64,000 nucleotides of DNA. Source: Bacilli bacterium (GTDB taxonomy: Bacteria; Bacillota_I; Bacilli_A; RFN20; CAG-826). The stretch covers positions 12,256-76,255 of the forward strand of contig JAFVUY010000050.1 in the NCBI GenBank assembly GCA_017502465.1, written 5' to 3'. The position numbers and the translations under genes are program-made. The notes beneath the pieces are model-generated. The model was not told where the DNA came from. It saw nothing but the letters and a program-made list of their open reading frames with translations, and did not search any database. Shown one piece after another: positions 37,304-49,161 of this stretch (the first letter of the stretch is position 1; every line of letters begins with the position of its first letter).

Positions 37304-37904
37304 ATGTTTTAAAGAAATAGAACCAAATAGTCTTTTAAACCTTGCAAAAAGAGAAAATATTTTGTGTAATTCTTGTTTGAATGAAAGGAAAACTCATTTT
37401 CAAAAATTTAGAATAGATGGAATAAAAGCCTATTCAATTTATGATTATGATGAATATATCCAAGGTGTCATTTATACATTTAAAGTATGTGGGGACTATG
37501 AACTTCATAAATTGTTCTTATTTCCCTTTGAAAAAGAAATATCTTTGTTTTTTAAAGGATATAAAATTGTTCCAATTCCTTCATTTAAAGGTGATGACAT
37601 TAAGCGAGGTTTCAATCACGTTTTCGCTATTTTTAAAAGATTAGATCTAGAAATTCTAGATATATTAGAAAAGACTAAAGACATTAAACAAGTAGATGTT
37701 TCAGGCGAAAAAAGAAAAGAAATATATAAACATTTGAAGGTTAATAAGTTAGAGTTGGTGAATTCCCAAAAAATACTTATTGTGGATGATATAGTTACTA
37801 CTGGTTCGACTCTAAAAGCAGCGATTAAATTAATAAAAGAAGGCAAACCTAAATCTATTAAGATTTTGGTTATCGCTAAAACTATAAATATTAAACAAAA
37901 TTAA
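37233..37904 (+). CDS. comFC: ComFC/ComF family protein
   Basis: CxxC...CxxC, RGFNH, LIVDDIVTTGSTL. Lies directly after comFA. Confidence 0.9.
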   Translation: MKKKTNKLLTALIKSKPQTNHCVKCFKEIEPNSLLNLAKRENILCNSCLNERKTHFQKFRIDGIKAYSIYDYDEYIQGVIYTFKVCGDYELHKLFLFPFEKEISLFFKGYKIVPIPSFKGDDIKRGFNHVFAIFKRLDLEILDILEKTKDIKQVDVSGEKRKEIYKHLKVNKLELVNSQKILIVDDIVTTGSTLKAAIKLIKEGKPKSIKILVIAKTINIKQN

Positions 37905-38007
37905 TTTTGTTAGACTACATTATATAGATTTGTTAGAATAGAAAAGCAATGTTTATCATTCTTTTAAAAAAAGAAAGGACACAAGAATTTGTGTAAAAGG
38001 TAAAACT

Positions 38008-40401
38008 ATGGGATTTTTTGATAAAAGACTATTAAAGAAATATTCAAAAGAAGCTGACAAAGTTTTAGCGCTTGAAGAAAAATTCGCCGCATTAACAGAT
38101 GACGAACTTCGTGCGAAAACTCAACACTTTAAAGACTTATTAGCTTCCGGCAAAACATTAGATGATATTAAAATTGAAGCATTCGCTACCGCTAGGGAAG
38201 CTGCGAAAAGAACTTTAGGTGAATTCCCTTATAAAGTTCAAATTATTGGCGCGCTTGTTTTACATGCAGGTGATGTCGCTGAAATGAGAACTGGTGAAGG
38301 TAAAACCTTAACTGCCACAATGGCGGTTTATCTTAACGCTCTTTCTGGTAAAGGTGTTCACGTTGTTACAGTCAACGAATACTTATCAAGCCGTGACGCG
38401 GAATGGATGGGTCAAATCTATAGGTTTTTAGGTCTAACAGTCGGTGTTAACCTTAGACAAAAAACTCCTTCCGAAAAGAAAGAGGCCCATTTGTGCGATA
38501 TTACTTACACAACAAACTCTGAACTTGGTTTCGATTATTTAAGAGACAATATGGCGGTTGAACTTAGCCGTAGAGTTTTAAGAGGATTGAACTACTGCAT
38601 TATCGATGAAGCTGACTCGATTTTAATTGATGAATCTAGAACACCTCTTATTATTTCAGGTGGAGCAAAAGCGTCTGCTTCTCAATACACAGTCGCCGAT
38701 AGATTTGTTAAAACTTTAAGAAAAAATAAAGACTACGAAATCGACGTTAAACAAAAAACAGTTAACTTAACTGATGATGGTAACGCAAAAGCGGAACGTA
38801 TGTTTGGCATTAGAAACCTTTACGATCCAGAATACGCTGATTTAGTTCATAGAATTCAAAATGCTTTAAAAGCTAATTACATAATGTCCAGAGATGTCGA
38901 CTATTTAGTCGACGCTGAAGGCGCAATCCAAATTATCGACCAATTTACTGGCCGTGTTTTACCTGGCAGAGAATGGTCTGACGGTTTACATCAAGCTGTT
39001 CAAGCAAAAGAAAACGTCACCATCAAACAAGAAACAGTCACAATGGCAACTATTACATATCAAAACTTCTTCCGTTTATTCAAAAAGATTGGTGGTATGA
39101 CAGGTACTGCTAAAACAGAGGAAGAAGAATTTAGAAAAATCTATAACATGAGAGTTCTTCCAATTCCTACAAATAGACCTATTCAACGTATTGATGCGAT
39201 TGACTATGTCTACGCTCATAAAGGACCAAAATTAGCGGCGCTTGTTAAAGAAGTTAAAGAAAGACACGAAAAAGGTCAACCAATTCTTATTGGTACAGTT
39301 TCTGTCGAATCTTCAGAAGAAATCTCCGCTTTATTAACTGAAGCGGGTTTAAAACATGAAATGTTAAACGCTAAAAACCACGCACGTGAAGCTGAAATTA
39401 TTAAAAACGCTGGTCAAAAAGGCGCTATTACACTTGCTACGAACATGGCAGGTCGTGGTACCGATATTAAGATTAATGACGAAGTTCGTGCATTAGGTGG
39501 TTTATGTGTTTTCGGAACTGAAAGACATGAATCTAGACGTATTGATAACCAATTACGTGGACGTGCTGGACGTCAAGGTGATCCAGGCTTCTCAAGATTC
39601 TATGTTTCATTCGATGATACATTATTAGTTAGATTTGCTGCGGATAATATCCGTAACTTCATTGAAAAGAACTTTGGTGATGAAGCTTTAGAAGCAAAAA
39701 TGATTACAAATGTTATTACATCTGCTCAAAAACGTATCGAAGGTCAAAACTTTGATATTCGTAAAAACTTATTAGATTATGATGATGTTTTAGCGAAACA
39801 AAGACAAATTATCTATGATAAACGTGACCGTATTATCATGGGTGACGACATTACAGATATCGTTGAAGAAATTTTTGAAACAACTGGTAAATTCTTATCT
39901 AAAAAAGCAGTTCCAGTTGGAAATAATGATGGAATTGTTTCTGGTGATTTATTAGTAAAAACAGTTGAACCAAGATTCCTTCCAGCGGGTTCTATCAAGA
40001 AAAATCTTTATGATGAATCTCCTGTTGAAGAATGTGGTCCAGACTTAGGCGTTGTTATTCACGACCATTATTTACGTAGAAAGAAAACATGGCCAGAAGA
40101 AAGTGTTGATAGAGTTGAAAGAAGCGTTATTCTACACTGCATCGACCAAAACTGGACAAAACATATCGACACAATGGCAAGATTAAGAGAAGCAATTCAC
40201 TTAAGAAGTTATGCAAACGTCAACCCACTTCAAGATTACGTTAATGAAGGTTATTCACTCTTTAGTGAATGTTTAGAACTTTCAAGTGTGGACGCTGTCT
40301 TAAATCTTGTAAATATTCAACCAAAACCTGTTGAACAACCTCAACAAGCTGAAGAAGTTCCAGCAGAAGTTAAAGAAGTTCCAAACGAGGAAGATAAATA
40401 A
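38008..40401 (+). CDS. secA: Preprotein translocase SecA
   Basis: AEMRTGEGKT, DEADSILIDE, ATNMAGRGTDI, QLRGRAGRQGDPG. Confidence 0.98.
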   Translation: MGFFDKRLLKKYSKEADKVLALEEKFAALTDDELRAKTQHFKDLLASGKTLDDIKIEAFATAREAAKRTLGEFPYKVQIIGALVLHAGDVAEMRTGEGKTLTATMAVYLNALSGKGVHVVTVNEYLSSRDAEWMGQIYRFLGLTVGVNLRQKTPSEKKEAHLCDITYTTNSELGFDYLRDNMAVELSRRVLRGLNYCIIDEADSILIDESRTPLIISGGAKASASQYTVADRFVKTLRKNKDYEIDVKQKTVNLTDDGNAKAERMFGIRNLYDPEYADLVHRIQNALKANYIMSRDVDYLVDAEGAIQIIDQFTGRVLPGREWSDGLHQAVQAKENVTIKQETVTMATITYQNFFRLFKKIGGMTGTAKTEEEEFRKIYNMRVLPIPTNRPIQRIDAIDYVYAHKGPKLAALVKEVKERHEKGQPILIGTVSVESSEEISALLTEAGLKHEMLNAKNHAREAEIIKNAGQKGAITLATNMAGRGTDIKINDEVRALGGLCVFGTERHESRRIDNQLRGRAGRQGDPGFSRFYVSFDDTLLVRFAADNIRNFIEKNFGDEALEAKMITNVITSAQKRIEGQNFDIRKNLLDYDDVLAKQRQIIYDKRDRIIMGDDITDIVEEIFETTGKFLSKKAVPVGNNDGIVSGDLLVKTVEPRFLPAGSIKKNLYDESPVEECGPDLGVVIHDHYLRRKKTWPEESVDRVERSVILHCIDQNWTKHIDTMARLREAIHLRSYANVNPLQDYVNEGYSLFSECLELSSVDAVLNLVNIQPKPVEQPQQAEEVPAEVKEVPNEEDK

Positions 40402-41505
40402 TGAAGGATATAGCCCAAATTAAAAACGAGTTATATGCAGTTGGTGAGAGAATCCATCAACTCGGGTCTTCACTTTGACCTCGCTAAATTAGAGGAAGAA
40501 AAAAATTCATTAGAAGCGAAGATGAATGAAGGTGACTTTTGGACTGACCAAAAGGAAGCTTTATCTACGATTGCTAGATTAAATTATTGCAAAGATATTT
40601 TAGATATATATAACGAAATTTCATCTAATGTCGCTAATTGTATTGATCTACTTAATTTAGATGATGAAGAATTAGTGGATGAAGTTTTAGAACTTTTACC
40701 CGAACTTAAAAAACAATTAAAAGAATTTGAATTATCGGTTCTGTTTACAGGGGAATTTGATAATTTGGGTGCAATTATTGAAATACATCCAGGAGCAGGT
40801 GGAACAGAAGCTCAAGACTGGGCCGATATGCTCTATAGGATGTATGTCCGTTTTGCGGAAGAACATAGATTTAAAATGTCTTTAATTTCCTATGAAGCGG
40901 GAGAAGAAGCTGGATTAAAATCGGTTACTCTTAAAATTAATGGCAAAAATGTCTATGGACTCCTCAAAGGAGAAAAAGGCGTTCATCGTTTAGTTAGAAT
41001 CTCTCCTTTTGATGCGAATAAGAGAAGACACACTTCATTTGCAAGCGTTAATGTTATTCCTGAATTTAAAAATGATTCAATTAATATTGAAATTAATGAC
41101 ACTGATTTAAAGATTGATACATATAGGTCAGGAGGTGCAGGCGGTCAAAACGTCAACAAAGTTGAAACCGCGGTTAGAATTACTCACTTACCGACTGGAA
41201 TTGTAGTATCTTGTCAAGTAGAAAGAAGTCAGCTTTCTAATAAAGAAACCGCAATGAATATGCTTAAATCAAAACTCTTTTTACTGGAAGAAGAAAAAAG
41301 GAGAAACAAGCTCGATTCAATTATTGGTGAAAAGAAAAACATTGAATGGGGTAGTCAAATTAGATCTTATGTTTTCTGTCCATACACCTTAGTTAAAGAC
41401 GACCGCACTAAATATGAAGAAGGCGATGTAAGAAGTGTTATGGATGGCCATATCGACGGATTTTTATATTCATTCTTAGAAATGGAGGCAAAGAAAAATG
41501 TTTAA
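40401..41505 (+). CDS. prfB: Peptide chain release factor 2 with programmed +1 frameshift
   Basis: ATG 40401, 25 codons, then CTT TGA C (40473-40479). The +1 frame has the SPF and GGQ motifs. Confidence 0.95.
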
Positions 41506-42442
41506 AAAATTAAGTTCTTCATTTGTAAAAAAACACATCTTTGGTAACTTGTTAGTTATCATTGGTTCTATCGCATTAGCGTTAGGGAATGCGATTTTTC
41601 TTATTGAACTTAATATCGTTACCGGTGGATTAAGCGGTATTGGTATTATTGTTCAACACTTTGTTTCTTTGATAAATCCCGATATCCAAGTCATCGATAT
41701 TATTGTTTTCATTATGACGTGGCTATTATGGATAATTGGCTTTAAATTCCTAGGAAAAGAATTTGCTTTAAAAACATTAGTTTCATCTATTGTTTATCCA
41801 ATCGCTTTAGCCATTGCTTTACGTTTTTCATTCTTCACAAATCTTGCAAAAGACATTGCTTATATTGATCCAACCGCTACTGAATTGACTACAGAAGTTG
41901 GTAGAATTCTTCTTTGCGGTATCTTTGGTGGGGTCGCTATCGGAGGAAGCGTTGCTTTAACCTTCTTAGGTGGTGGCTCGACAGGTGGATTAGACGTCCT
42001 TGCTTTCATTGTTGAAAAATACACAAAACTTAAACAATCAATCTTCTTTTTCATTGTAGATGGTTCGATTGTTTTACTTGGTATTTTCTTAATTCCAAAT
42101 AATGTTGTTAATGGATTATGTGGTATTATTGGCACTGCCTTAAGCGCGCTGGTACTAGACGCTATTTATATCAGTAATCAATCTTGTTATATCGCTGATA
42201 TCATTTCAGATAAATGGGAAGAAATTTCTAATTACGCTCAAAAGAAACTTAATAGAGGCACAACTATTATGCATGCCACTGGTGGTTATCAAGGTGCAAA
42301 TAGAATTATTCTTAGAATTGTCTTCCCTAAATCTCAATACCATAAGCTTAGACAAGCGATTTCAGAAATTGATCCAAAAGCATTTATTACCTTTACTCAA
42401 ACTAACGCTGTTTTCGGCGAAGGATTTAAAGAAAACTCATAA
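41498..42442 (+). CDS. YitT family membrane protein
   Basis: [18 protein letters not shown]...GGY, IDPKAF. Confidence 0.9.
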   Translation: MFKKLSSSFVKKHIFGNLLVIIGSIALALGNAIFLIELNIVTGGLSGIGIIVQHFVSLINPDIQVIDIIVFIMTWLLWIIGFKFLGKEFALKTLVSSIVYPIALAIALRFSFFTNLAKDIAYIDPTATELTTEVGRILLCGIFGGVAIGGSVALTFLGGGSTGGLDVLAFIVEKYTKLKQSIFFFIVDGSIVLLGIFLIPNNVVNGLCGIIGTALSALVLDAIYISNQSCYIADIISDKWEEISNYAQKKLNRGTTIMHATGGYQGANRIILRIVFPKSQYHKLRQAISEIDPKAFITFTQTNAVFGEGFKENS

Positions 42443-42456
42443 AAACACTGCAAAAA

Positions 42457-44439
42457 ATGGATAAAAGTCATAAATTTGAATTAATTTCATCATATAAACC
42501 AACTGGTGACCAACCTCAAGCTATTAGCAAATTAGTAGAGGGTTTAAACCAAAATAAAAAATTACAAGTTCTCTTAGGTGCGACCGGAACTGGTAAAACT
42601 TTTACTATGGCAAATGTCATTCAAGAGGTTCAAAAACCTACGCTTTTTCTAGTTCATAACAAGACACTAGCGGGTCAACTTTATTCAGAATTTAAGGAGC
42701 TTTTTCCTAATAACCGAGTCGAATATTTCGTTTCTAACTTCGATTTTTATCAACCTGAAGCATATATTCCAAAATCAGACACATATATTGATAAAAACGC
42801 AGTCATGAATGAAGAAATCGAGATGCTTAGAACAAGCGCGATTAACTCAGTTATTGAAAGAAGAGACACAATCATTGTTGCCTCAGTTGCTTCTATCTAT
42901 GGTTTAACAGATCCTGACGAATATAGAAGACTTGTTTTTGATATTAGAGTAGGTGAAGAAATTAACCGACAAACGTTTTTTAAAAAATTAATAGACGCTC
43001 AATACACACGAAACAATTTAGAGGTTAATCCAGGCACATTTAGAGTAAGAGGGGATGTCATTGAAATTGTTCCAGCCCACTTTAATGAAAATAATGTTTT
43101 ACGTATAGATACTTTCGGTGATGAGATTGAGAAAATACTTGAAGTTGATATTTTAACAGGGGAGATTAAACATTCTTATAATACTTTCCCTATATTCCCA
43201 GCTTATGACCATGCTTCAACGAGAGAACGAATTAAAGAGGCGTGTGTTACTATCAAGGAGGAATTAAAAGAAAGACTTCAATATTTCAAAGAAAACGGTA
43301 AATATCTTGAGGCCGAAAGACTTGAATTAAGAACTAACCAAGATATTGAAAGTATGGAAGAATTTGGAATGGTTTCTGGAATAGAAAATTATTCTAGACA
43401 CATTGATAAAAGACAACCAGGTACTAGACCTTATTGCTTAATGGATTATTTCCCAAAAGATTTCTTGCTCATCATAGATGAATCTCACGTTTCTATTCCT
43501 CAAATTAGAGGGATGTATAACGGAGATAGATCTCGTAAAACCACTTTGGTAGATTATGGATTTAGATTACCATCCGCTTTAGATAATAGACCTCTAAATT
43601 TCGAAGAATTTGAAAACTTGATGCCTCAAGTTATTTGTACTTCCGCTACACCGGGTGATTATGAACTTAACAAAACTGATTCTGAAATTGTTGAACAAAT
43701 TATTAGACCAACAGGTTTATTAGACCCAATTGTTCAAGTGAGACCAACAACTGGTCAAATTGATGATCTTCTTTTTGAGATTAAACAAAGAATAGAGAAA
43801 AACGAGAGGACAATGATTGTCACCCTTACCGTTCGTATGGCGGAAGATTTAACTAACTTCCTCAAGGAAAGAGGAATAAAAGTCGTTTATTTACATCATG
43901 AAACTAAAACTCTTGAAAGAAGTGAGATTATTTATCAACTTAGAAAAGGTAAATATGACGTTTTAGTAGGTATTAACTTGTTACGTGAAGGTTTGGATAT
44001 TCCTGAGGTATCTTTAATAACTATTTTAGATGCAGATAAAGAAGGCTTCTTAAGAAGCGGACGTTCGTTAGTTCAAATTATTGGTAGAGCCGCTAGAAAC
44101 GCGAATGGTTTAGTTGTTATGTATGCGGACAATATTACCGGATCGATGAGATACGCGATCGATGAAACTAATAGACGTCGCGCTATTCAAATGGATTTCA
44201 ATGAAGAAAACGGCATTGTTCCTATGACAATTATTAAAGAAATTCGACCTCCGATCAGAAATGCTGACGATGAAATTTCTAATATTTTATCTTTAACTAA
44301 AAAAGGTTCTAGAAAAGAAATTGAAGCAAAACTCAAAGATTTAGAATCGCAAATGAAAAAGGCCGCTAAAGAGTTTGATTTTGAAAAAGCTGCAGAACTT
44401 AGAGATATTATTTTAGAAATAAAAGCAGAGTTAAGATAA
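42457..44439 (+). CDS. uvrB: Excinuclease ABC subunit B
   Basis: [32 protein letters not shown]-terminal UVR domain. Confidence 0.98.
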   Translation: MDKSHKFELISSYKPTGDQPQAISKLVEGLNQNKKLQVLLGATGTGKTFTMANVIQEVQKPTLFLVHNKTLAGQLYSEFKELFPNNRVEYFVSNFDFYQPEAYIPKSDTYIDKNAVMNEEIEMLRTSAINSVIERRDTIIVASVASIYGLTDPDEYRRLVFDIRVGEEINRQTFFKKLIDAQYTRNNLEVNPGTFRVRGDVIEIVPAHFNENNVLRIDTFGDEIEKILEVDILTGEIKHSYNTFPIFPAYDHASTRERIKEACVTIKEELKERLQYFKENGKYLEAERLELRTNQDIESMEEFGMVSGIENYSRHIDKRQPGTRPYCLMDYFPKDFLLIIDESHVSIPQIRGMYNGDRSRKTTLVDYGFRLPSALDNRPLNFEEFENLMPQVICTSATPGDYELNKTDSEIVEQIIRPTGLLDPIVQVRPTTGQIDDLLFEIKQRIEKNERTMIVTLTVRMAEDLTNFLKERGIKVVYLHHETKTLERSEIIYQLRKGKYDVLVGINLLREGLDIPEVSLITILDADKEGFLRSGRSLVQIIGRAARNANGLVVMYADNITGSMRYAIDETNRRRAIQMDFNEENGIVPMTIIKEIRPPIRNADDEISNILSLTKKGSRKEIEAKLKDLESQMKKAAKEFDFEKAAELRDIILEIKAELR

Positions 44440-44475
44440 AAAGTATTAATTGAATTAATATTTTTAGATGATAGA

Positions 44476-45609
44476 ATGTATATTATGAATTTAACTAGTA
44501 TGTTTAGTGATTTAACAGTCGATCCTCTGTCGAGTATAAATATTTATAGCAATACAGGTGTATTCGGCATGCCCGACTGGGTATGTTGGATTATTATAGG
44601 TGTCTTACTAATTGTAAGTGGACTTTTTTCTGCAAGTGAGAACACCTTTAGCAACTGTAATAAATATCACTTTAAAGTATTAGCGGACGAAGGAAAAATA
44701 ACCGCGAAGATAATTGTTAAACTTACCGAACAATTTGAAGACACTCTTGTTAGTGTTCTTGTCGGAAATAACATTGTTCAAACTTTTATGTCCTTTATGT
44801 CTGCTATTTTGTTCTATAACATTTGTAATGCTTATGGGTGGGGAGATAGTGTTGAAGCTATTTTATCTACCGTTGTAATGGCGTTACTTGTTTATGTTGT
44901 AAGCGACACTATTCCTAAAATTTTATCTAAAGCCGTTCCTAATCGTATGGCTTATGTCCTTGCATGGCCTGATTTTATATTAGGGATTTTACTTTATCCA
45001 ATTATAATAATCTTCAGATTATTACTTAAACTAATTCATAAAATCTTTAAGATCAAAGATAACGGACTTATCACTAAAGAAGATTTCCTCGAAACCGCGG
45101 AAGAGGCAATTAATGTCGAAAATGTCGATAATGAAGAAGAGGCTCTTTTTGAAAAAAATGAAATCAAAATTTTAAAACAAGCTTTTGTTTTCGATGCAAT
45201 TAAAGTTTCTAGTGTTTTAACACCTAAAGAAAAAATTGTTTCCATTAACTTCGAAGATTTAAATGTTAAATCAATGAACAAATTTTTACTTAGTCACAAT
45301 TTTTCTCGTTACCCAGTTTACGAAGATGATAAAGAAAATATTATAGGTATATTAAGTGTTAACACGTACTTCAAAGAATTCGCAGATGATCCACATTTGG
45401 ATATTAGATCTATTATTATTCAGCCTCTTTTCGTTAACGAAAAACAAACTGTGAAAGAAATCTTTGATGAACTTAACAATGAAAAATGCCATATTGCTTT
45501 AGTTAAAAACGACAACAACGAACTTGTTGGGATGATAACTATGGAAGATATTCTTGATGAACTTGTTGGAGAGCAATCTAACATAGAAGCAAAAGGAGGC
45601 AATTTATGA
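44476..45609 (+). CDS. CNNM/DUF21-CBS protein (hemolysin/CorB-like), no CorC tail
   Basis: FSASE, SRYPVY, ITMEDILDELVGE. Confidence 0.87.
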   Translation: MYIMNLTSMFSDLTVDPLSSINIYSNTGVFGMPDWVCWIIIGVLLIVSGLFSASENTFSNCNKYHFKVLADEGKITAKIIVKLTEQFEDTLVSVLVGNNIVQTFMSFMSAILFYNICNAYGWGDSVEAILSTVVMALLVYVVSDTIPKILSKAVPNRMAYVLAWPDFILGILLYPIIIIFRLLLKLIHKIFKIKDNGLITKEDFLETAEEAINVENVDNEEEALFEKNEIKILKQAFVFDAIKVSSVLTPKEKIVSINFEDLNVKSMNKFLLSHNFSRYPVYEDDKENIIGILSVNTYFKEFADDPHLDIRSIIIQPLFVNEKQTVKEIFDELNNEKCHIALVKNDNNELVGMITMEDILDELVGEQSNIEAKGGNL

Positions 45610-46919
45610 CCCCATTAATTACCGCCTATTTGATTATTCTTATTATTTTGATTTTCTTATCAATGTTCTTTTCAAGCGCGGATATGGCGTATGGAAGTGT
45701 ATCTGAAGTCAGACTTCAAAAGGCTTCCGAAAACGACCCTAAATCTAAAACTAAAGCACGAGCGTTCAAACTTACGAAAAATTACGATAAAACTATATCT
45801 ACAATTTTATTGTTTAATGACACGATTAACGCAGGTATCGACACAATAGCGACCTTACTTGGAATTGAGGTAGCAGTAGAACTTTTAGGCATTTCTTCTC
45901 AACCAATTCAAGAAAGTTATGGTCTTATGTTCTCTATGATTTTCTTAGTTGCTAAGATTGTTATTGGAGAAATTATTGCTAAATCACTTGGTAAAGTTTT
46001 TAACTATAAAGCAGTTAATTTGTATAGCTTTGTTATAAATGTTTGTTATTACATTACATTCCCTATCACTATTTTAGTAGGAGGTTTTGGAAACCTTGTT
46101 ACTTATCCACTTACAAAATCTGGTAAAGATATAGCAATTGAAGACGAAGTTCTTCATGAAATGATTGATGAAGGGGAAGAAGAAGGAATTATTGATGAAG
46201 ATAAAGCCGAACTTCTTAGAGGTGCGGTTGATTTTGCTACGACTGAACTTTATGAAGTCATGACCCCAAGAACAAAAATCTATGCAGTTGATAAGACAAG
46301 AACTGTTTCTTCATTAATCGATGATAATAAGATTTTTGGCTGGTCTAGAATTCCTGTTTATGAAGGTGATATCGATAACATTATTGGTTTTATTAGAACT
46401 AAGTTATTGATTAGATTAAAACTTGAAAATAAAACCGAATCTATTGAATCAATTATTGAACCAATTGGTTTCTTCCCAAGAACAAAAGAAATTAATGATG
46501 TTTTAAAATATTTCCATACAACAAGAAAACATATCGCAGTTGTTCTTGATGAATATGGAGGAACAGAAGGTATTATCACAAGAGAAGACATTATTGAAGA
46601 ATTAGTCGGCGAAATTTGGGATGAAACCGATGTTACAAACGAGCCACTTGTTGAACGTAATGATGGATCTTTCATTGTTGATGGTTTGATGAATTTAGAG
46701 GACTTTTGCGACGTTTTTGATATTGATTTCGACGAAATTGAAACAGAATATGTCACAATTGGGGGATTTATTATTGAACTCTTGGATGATGAGTTCGCGA
46801 CCTTAAATACGGAGATAACATTTAAAAATTTAGATATCAAAATTATTGCCTTAGGCAAACATAACACTGTTAAGAAATTGCTTGTTATTCCACATAACGG
46901 CAACGACGATGAAGATTAA
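45606..46919 (+). CDS. CNNM/DUF21-CBS-CorC protein (hemolysin/CorB-like)
   Basis: VMTPR, SRIPVY, DEYGGTEGIITREDIIEELVGEIWDE, TIGG. Confidence 0.9.
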   Translation: MTPLITAYLIILIILIFLSMFFSSADMAYGSVSEVRLQKASENDPKSKTKARAFKLTKNYDKTISTILLFNDTINAGIDTIATLLGIEVAVELLGISSQPIQESYGLMFSMIFLVAKIVIGEIIAKSLGKVFNYKAVNLYSFVINVCYYITFPITILVGGFGNLVTYPLTKSGKDIAIEDEVLHEMIDEGEEEGIIDEDKAELLRGAVDFATTELYEVMTPRTKIYAVDKTRTVSSLIDDNKIFGWSRIPVYEGDIDNIIGFIRTKLLIRLKLENKTESIESIIEPIGFFPRTKEINDVLKYFHTTRKHIAVVLDEYGGTEGIITREDIIEELVGEIWDETDVTNEPLVERNDGSFIVDGLMNLEDFCDVFDIDFDEIETEYVTIGGFIIELLDDEFATLNTEITFKNLDIKIIALGKHNTVKKLLVIPHNGNDDED

Positions 46920-46990
46920 ACTTCTTAAAACATTTGACTATTTCAAATGATTTATATATTATAAATTAGCAACACGAAAGGAGAACAAAG

Positions 46991-47230
46991 ATGTTAGCTT
47001 GGTACGATTGGACTTTATTAGCAGTTAGTATTATCATTATCGTTCTTTGTTTATTACAAGGTGGTAAATCAGAAGGTGCTTCCGGTGCGATTACTGGTGG
47101 TGGACTTAACGTCTTTGTTAAAACCAAAGAAAGAGGCGCAGAAAAAGTTGTTTCAATTCTCACACTCTGCTGCGCGATTGTCTTCTTCCTTCTCGCTGTA
47201 TTAATTTACACATTAACAACTACTGCATAA
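46991..47230 (+). CDS. secG: Preprotein translocase SecG
   Basis: Two TM segments around LLQ.GK..G.SGAITGG...KERG.EK. Confidence 0.9.
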   Translation: MLAWYDWTLLAVSIIIIVLCLLQGGKSEGASGAITGGGLNVFVKTKERGAEKVVSILTLCCAIVFFLLAVLIYTLTTTA

Positions 47231-47240
47231 GCTAAGATAC

Positions 47241-47282
47241 AAAAAAACTTCTGGGTCGCATTTCAAATCCCAGAAGTTTTTT
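47241..47282. terminator. Bidirectional intrinsic terminator
   Basis: AAAAAAACTTCTGGG...CCCAGAAGTTTTTT between convergent genes. Confidence 0.85.
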
Positions 47283-47303
47283 GTTACTCTTTTTTAATGT
47301 TTT

Positions 47304-47843
47304 TTATTTGCTTAAACCATTAATTAGGTTGATCGCACCGAAGACGATTAAGGCGACACCTGCGATAATGTAGATGAAACCTTTTGTTTCAGCATGGAAG
47401 ATTAAACCTAAGATACCTGCCGCTAAAAGAAGTCCACCGATAACAAATGCAAGAACAATGTATTTTGTTGGCGCTTTTTTAACGCAGAAGACAACGGCTT
47501 TAGTGCAAACCGCAACGCCGAATGTTAAAACGGTAATTGCGATAACGTGAACCAAGATACCTGGAAGAAGACTGGTGTTAATGCATAAAGCAACACCAAA
47601 CGCAATTGCAATCGCGCCAGTTAAATAACCGCTATCCAAGAAATTATAAGTGGATTTAATTAAGTTAGTAACGATTAAAATACCACCTAAAATAAATAAT
47701 GAAACAGCAACGATGATAGAGAATACTTTATCTAAAGAACCCTTATCAATAATTGATAAAATTACTGTGACAATACCAGCGATAGCAAGAATTGCTCCAC
47801 CAAATATTTGACTCCATTTATCTTTTTTAATTAACTTTGCCAT
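47304..47843 (-). CDS. Six-TM membrane protein (HdeD/DUF308-like)
   Basis: Repeated Gly-rich TM hairpins. Confidence 0.65.
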   Translation of the reverse strand: MAKLIKKDKWSQIFGGAILAIAGIVTVILSIIDKGSLDKVFSIIVAVSLFILGGILIVTNLIKSTYNFLDSGYLTGAIAIAFGVALCINTSLLPGILVHVIAITVLTFGVAVCTKAVVFCVKKAPTKYIVLAFVIGGLLLAAGILGLIFHAETKGFIYIIAGVALIVFGAINLINGLSK

Positions 47844-47934
47844 AAAATTTCCACCTTTCTAAAATAAATTATAGCAAAGTGTTTAAGAATGATGGTAAAT
47901 TTTGTAAAATATTTACAAATCGAGGAAAAAAATT

Positions 47935-49161
47935 ATGCAAATAGAAAGATTAAGAAAATATGCGAGACTTATCGCTGAAGTAGGTATTAACACCCAAAAG
48001 AAAGAAGAAATTTGGATTAACGCGGATTTAGACCAACCTGACTTTGTCGTCATGGTTATGGAAGAATGTTATAAACTTGGAGCCAGAAAAGTTGTTATCA
48101 GATGGTCATATTCTAAAACTGTTCACCCAACATATAAATACGCTTCTATAAGTGAACTTTCTAAAGTTCCTTCGTATGAAAGAGCAAGATATAAATATAT
48201 GTCTACAAAATTCCCAAGTATTATTCATATCATTTCCGATGATCCAGATGGTTTAAAAGGAATAAATCAAAAGAAAATGGCAAAGGTTAGAATGAAATCT
48301 TATCCAATCATTAAACCTTATCGCGATAAAATGGAAGACCGTTATAAATGGTGTATCGCTGCTGTTCCTGGATTAGGATGGGCAAAGAAAGTATTCCCAA
48401 CTCTAAGCAATGAGGACGCTATTGAAGCTTTATGGGAAGCGATCTTAAAAACTGCTAGAGTGGACGATAATGATCCTATTAAAAACTGGGAAGAACATAA
48501 TGCCTTCTTACATGCTCAAAAACATAAATTAAATGAATTAAATTTAGACAAATTAATTTATCACGCTTCTAACGGAACAGATTTTGAAGTTACATTAATT
48601 CCTAATAGTAAATGGGGTGGAGGATATGACCTTACCCATGATGGAAGAAAATATAATCCTAATATTCCTACCGAAGAAATCTTTATTTCTCCATACGCTG
48701 GAAAATGTGAAGGCACACTAGTGGCCTCTAAACCTCTTTCATATAATGGTGAAGTTATTGAAGATTTCTCGTTAACATTTAAAAATGGAAAAGTAGTAGA
48801 AGTTAAAGCAAGAAAGAACCAAGCTTTATTAGAACAAATGGTTTCCCTTGATGAAGGGGCAAAAATGCTTGGTGAAGTAGCTTTGGTTCCATTTAATTCT
48901 CCAATTAATGAAACTGGCATTTTATTCTATGACACATTATTTGATGAAAATGCCTGCTGTCACTTCGCTATTGGGGCAGGATTCCCAATGACAATCGAAG
49001 GAGCAGCGGATTTAACACCAGAACAAATCAAAGAAAAAGGAATCAATGATTCCATGACTCACGTTGACTTTATGATTGGCACGAGCGACCTTTCTATCGT
49101 CGGAATTACAAGAGAAGGTAAAGAAATTCAAATCTTTAAAGATGGAACTTGGGCTATCTAA
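47935..49161 (+). CDS. M29 aminopeptidase (AmpS/PepS)
   Basis: NIPTEEIF, LGEVAL, TLFDENA.CH.A.G, HVDFMIG. Confidence 0.93.
   Translation: MQIERLRKYARLIAEVGINTQKKEEIWINADLDQPDFVVMVMEECYKLGARKVVIRWSYSKTVHPTYKYASISELSKVPSYERARYKYMSTKFPSIIHIISDDPDGLKGINQKKMAKVRMKSYPIIKPYRDKMEDRYKWCIAAVPGLGWAKKVFPTLSNEDAIEALWEAILKTARVDDNDPIKNWEEHNAFLHAQKHKLNELNLDKLIYHASNGTDFEVTLIPNSKWGGGYDLTHDGRKYNPNIPTEEIFISPYAGKCEGTLVASKPLSYNGEVIEDFSLTFKNGKVVEVKARKNQALLEQMVSLDEGAKMLGEVALVPFNSPINETGILFYDTLFDENACCHFAIGAGFPMTIEGAADLTPEQIKEKGINDSMTHVDFMIGTSDLSIVGITREGKEIQIFKDGTWAI

Noticed and set aside
40435-40478. ORF-track start for prfB (MQLVRESIN...)
   Set aside because: The canonical CTT TGA C frameshift with an upstream ATG at 40401 explains the N-terminus better.
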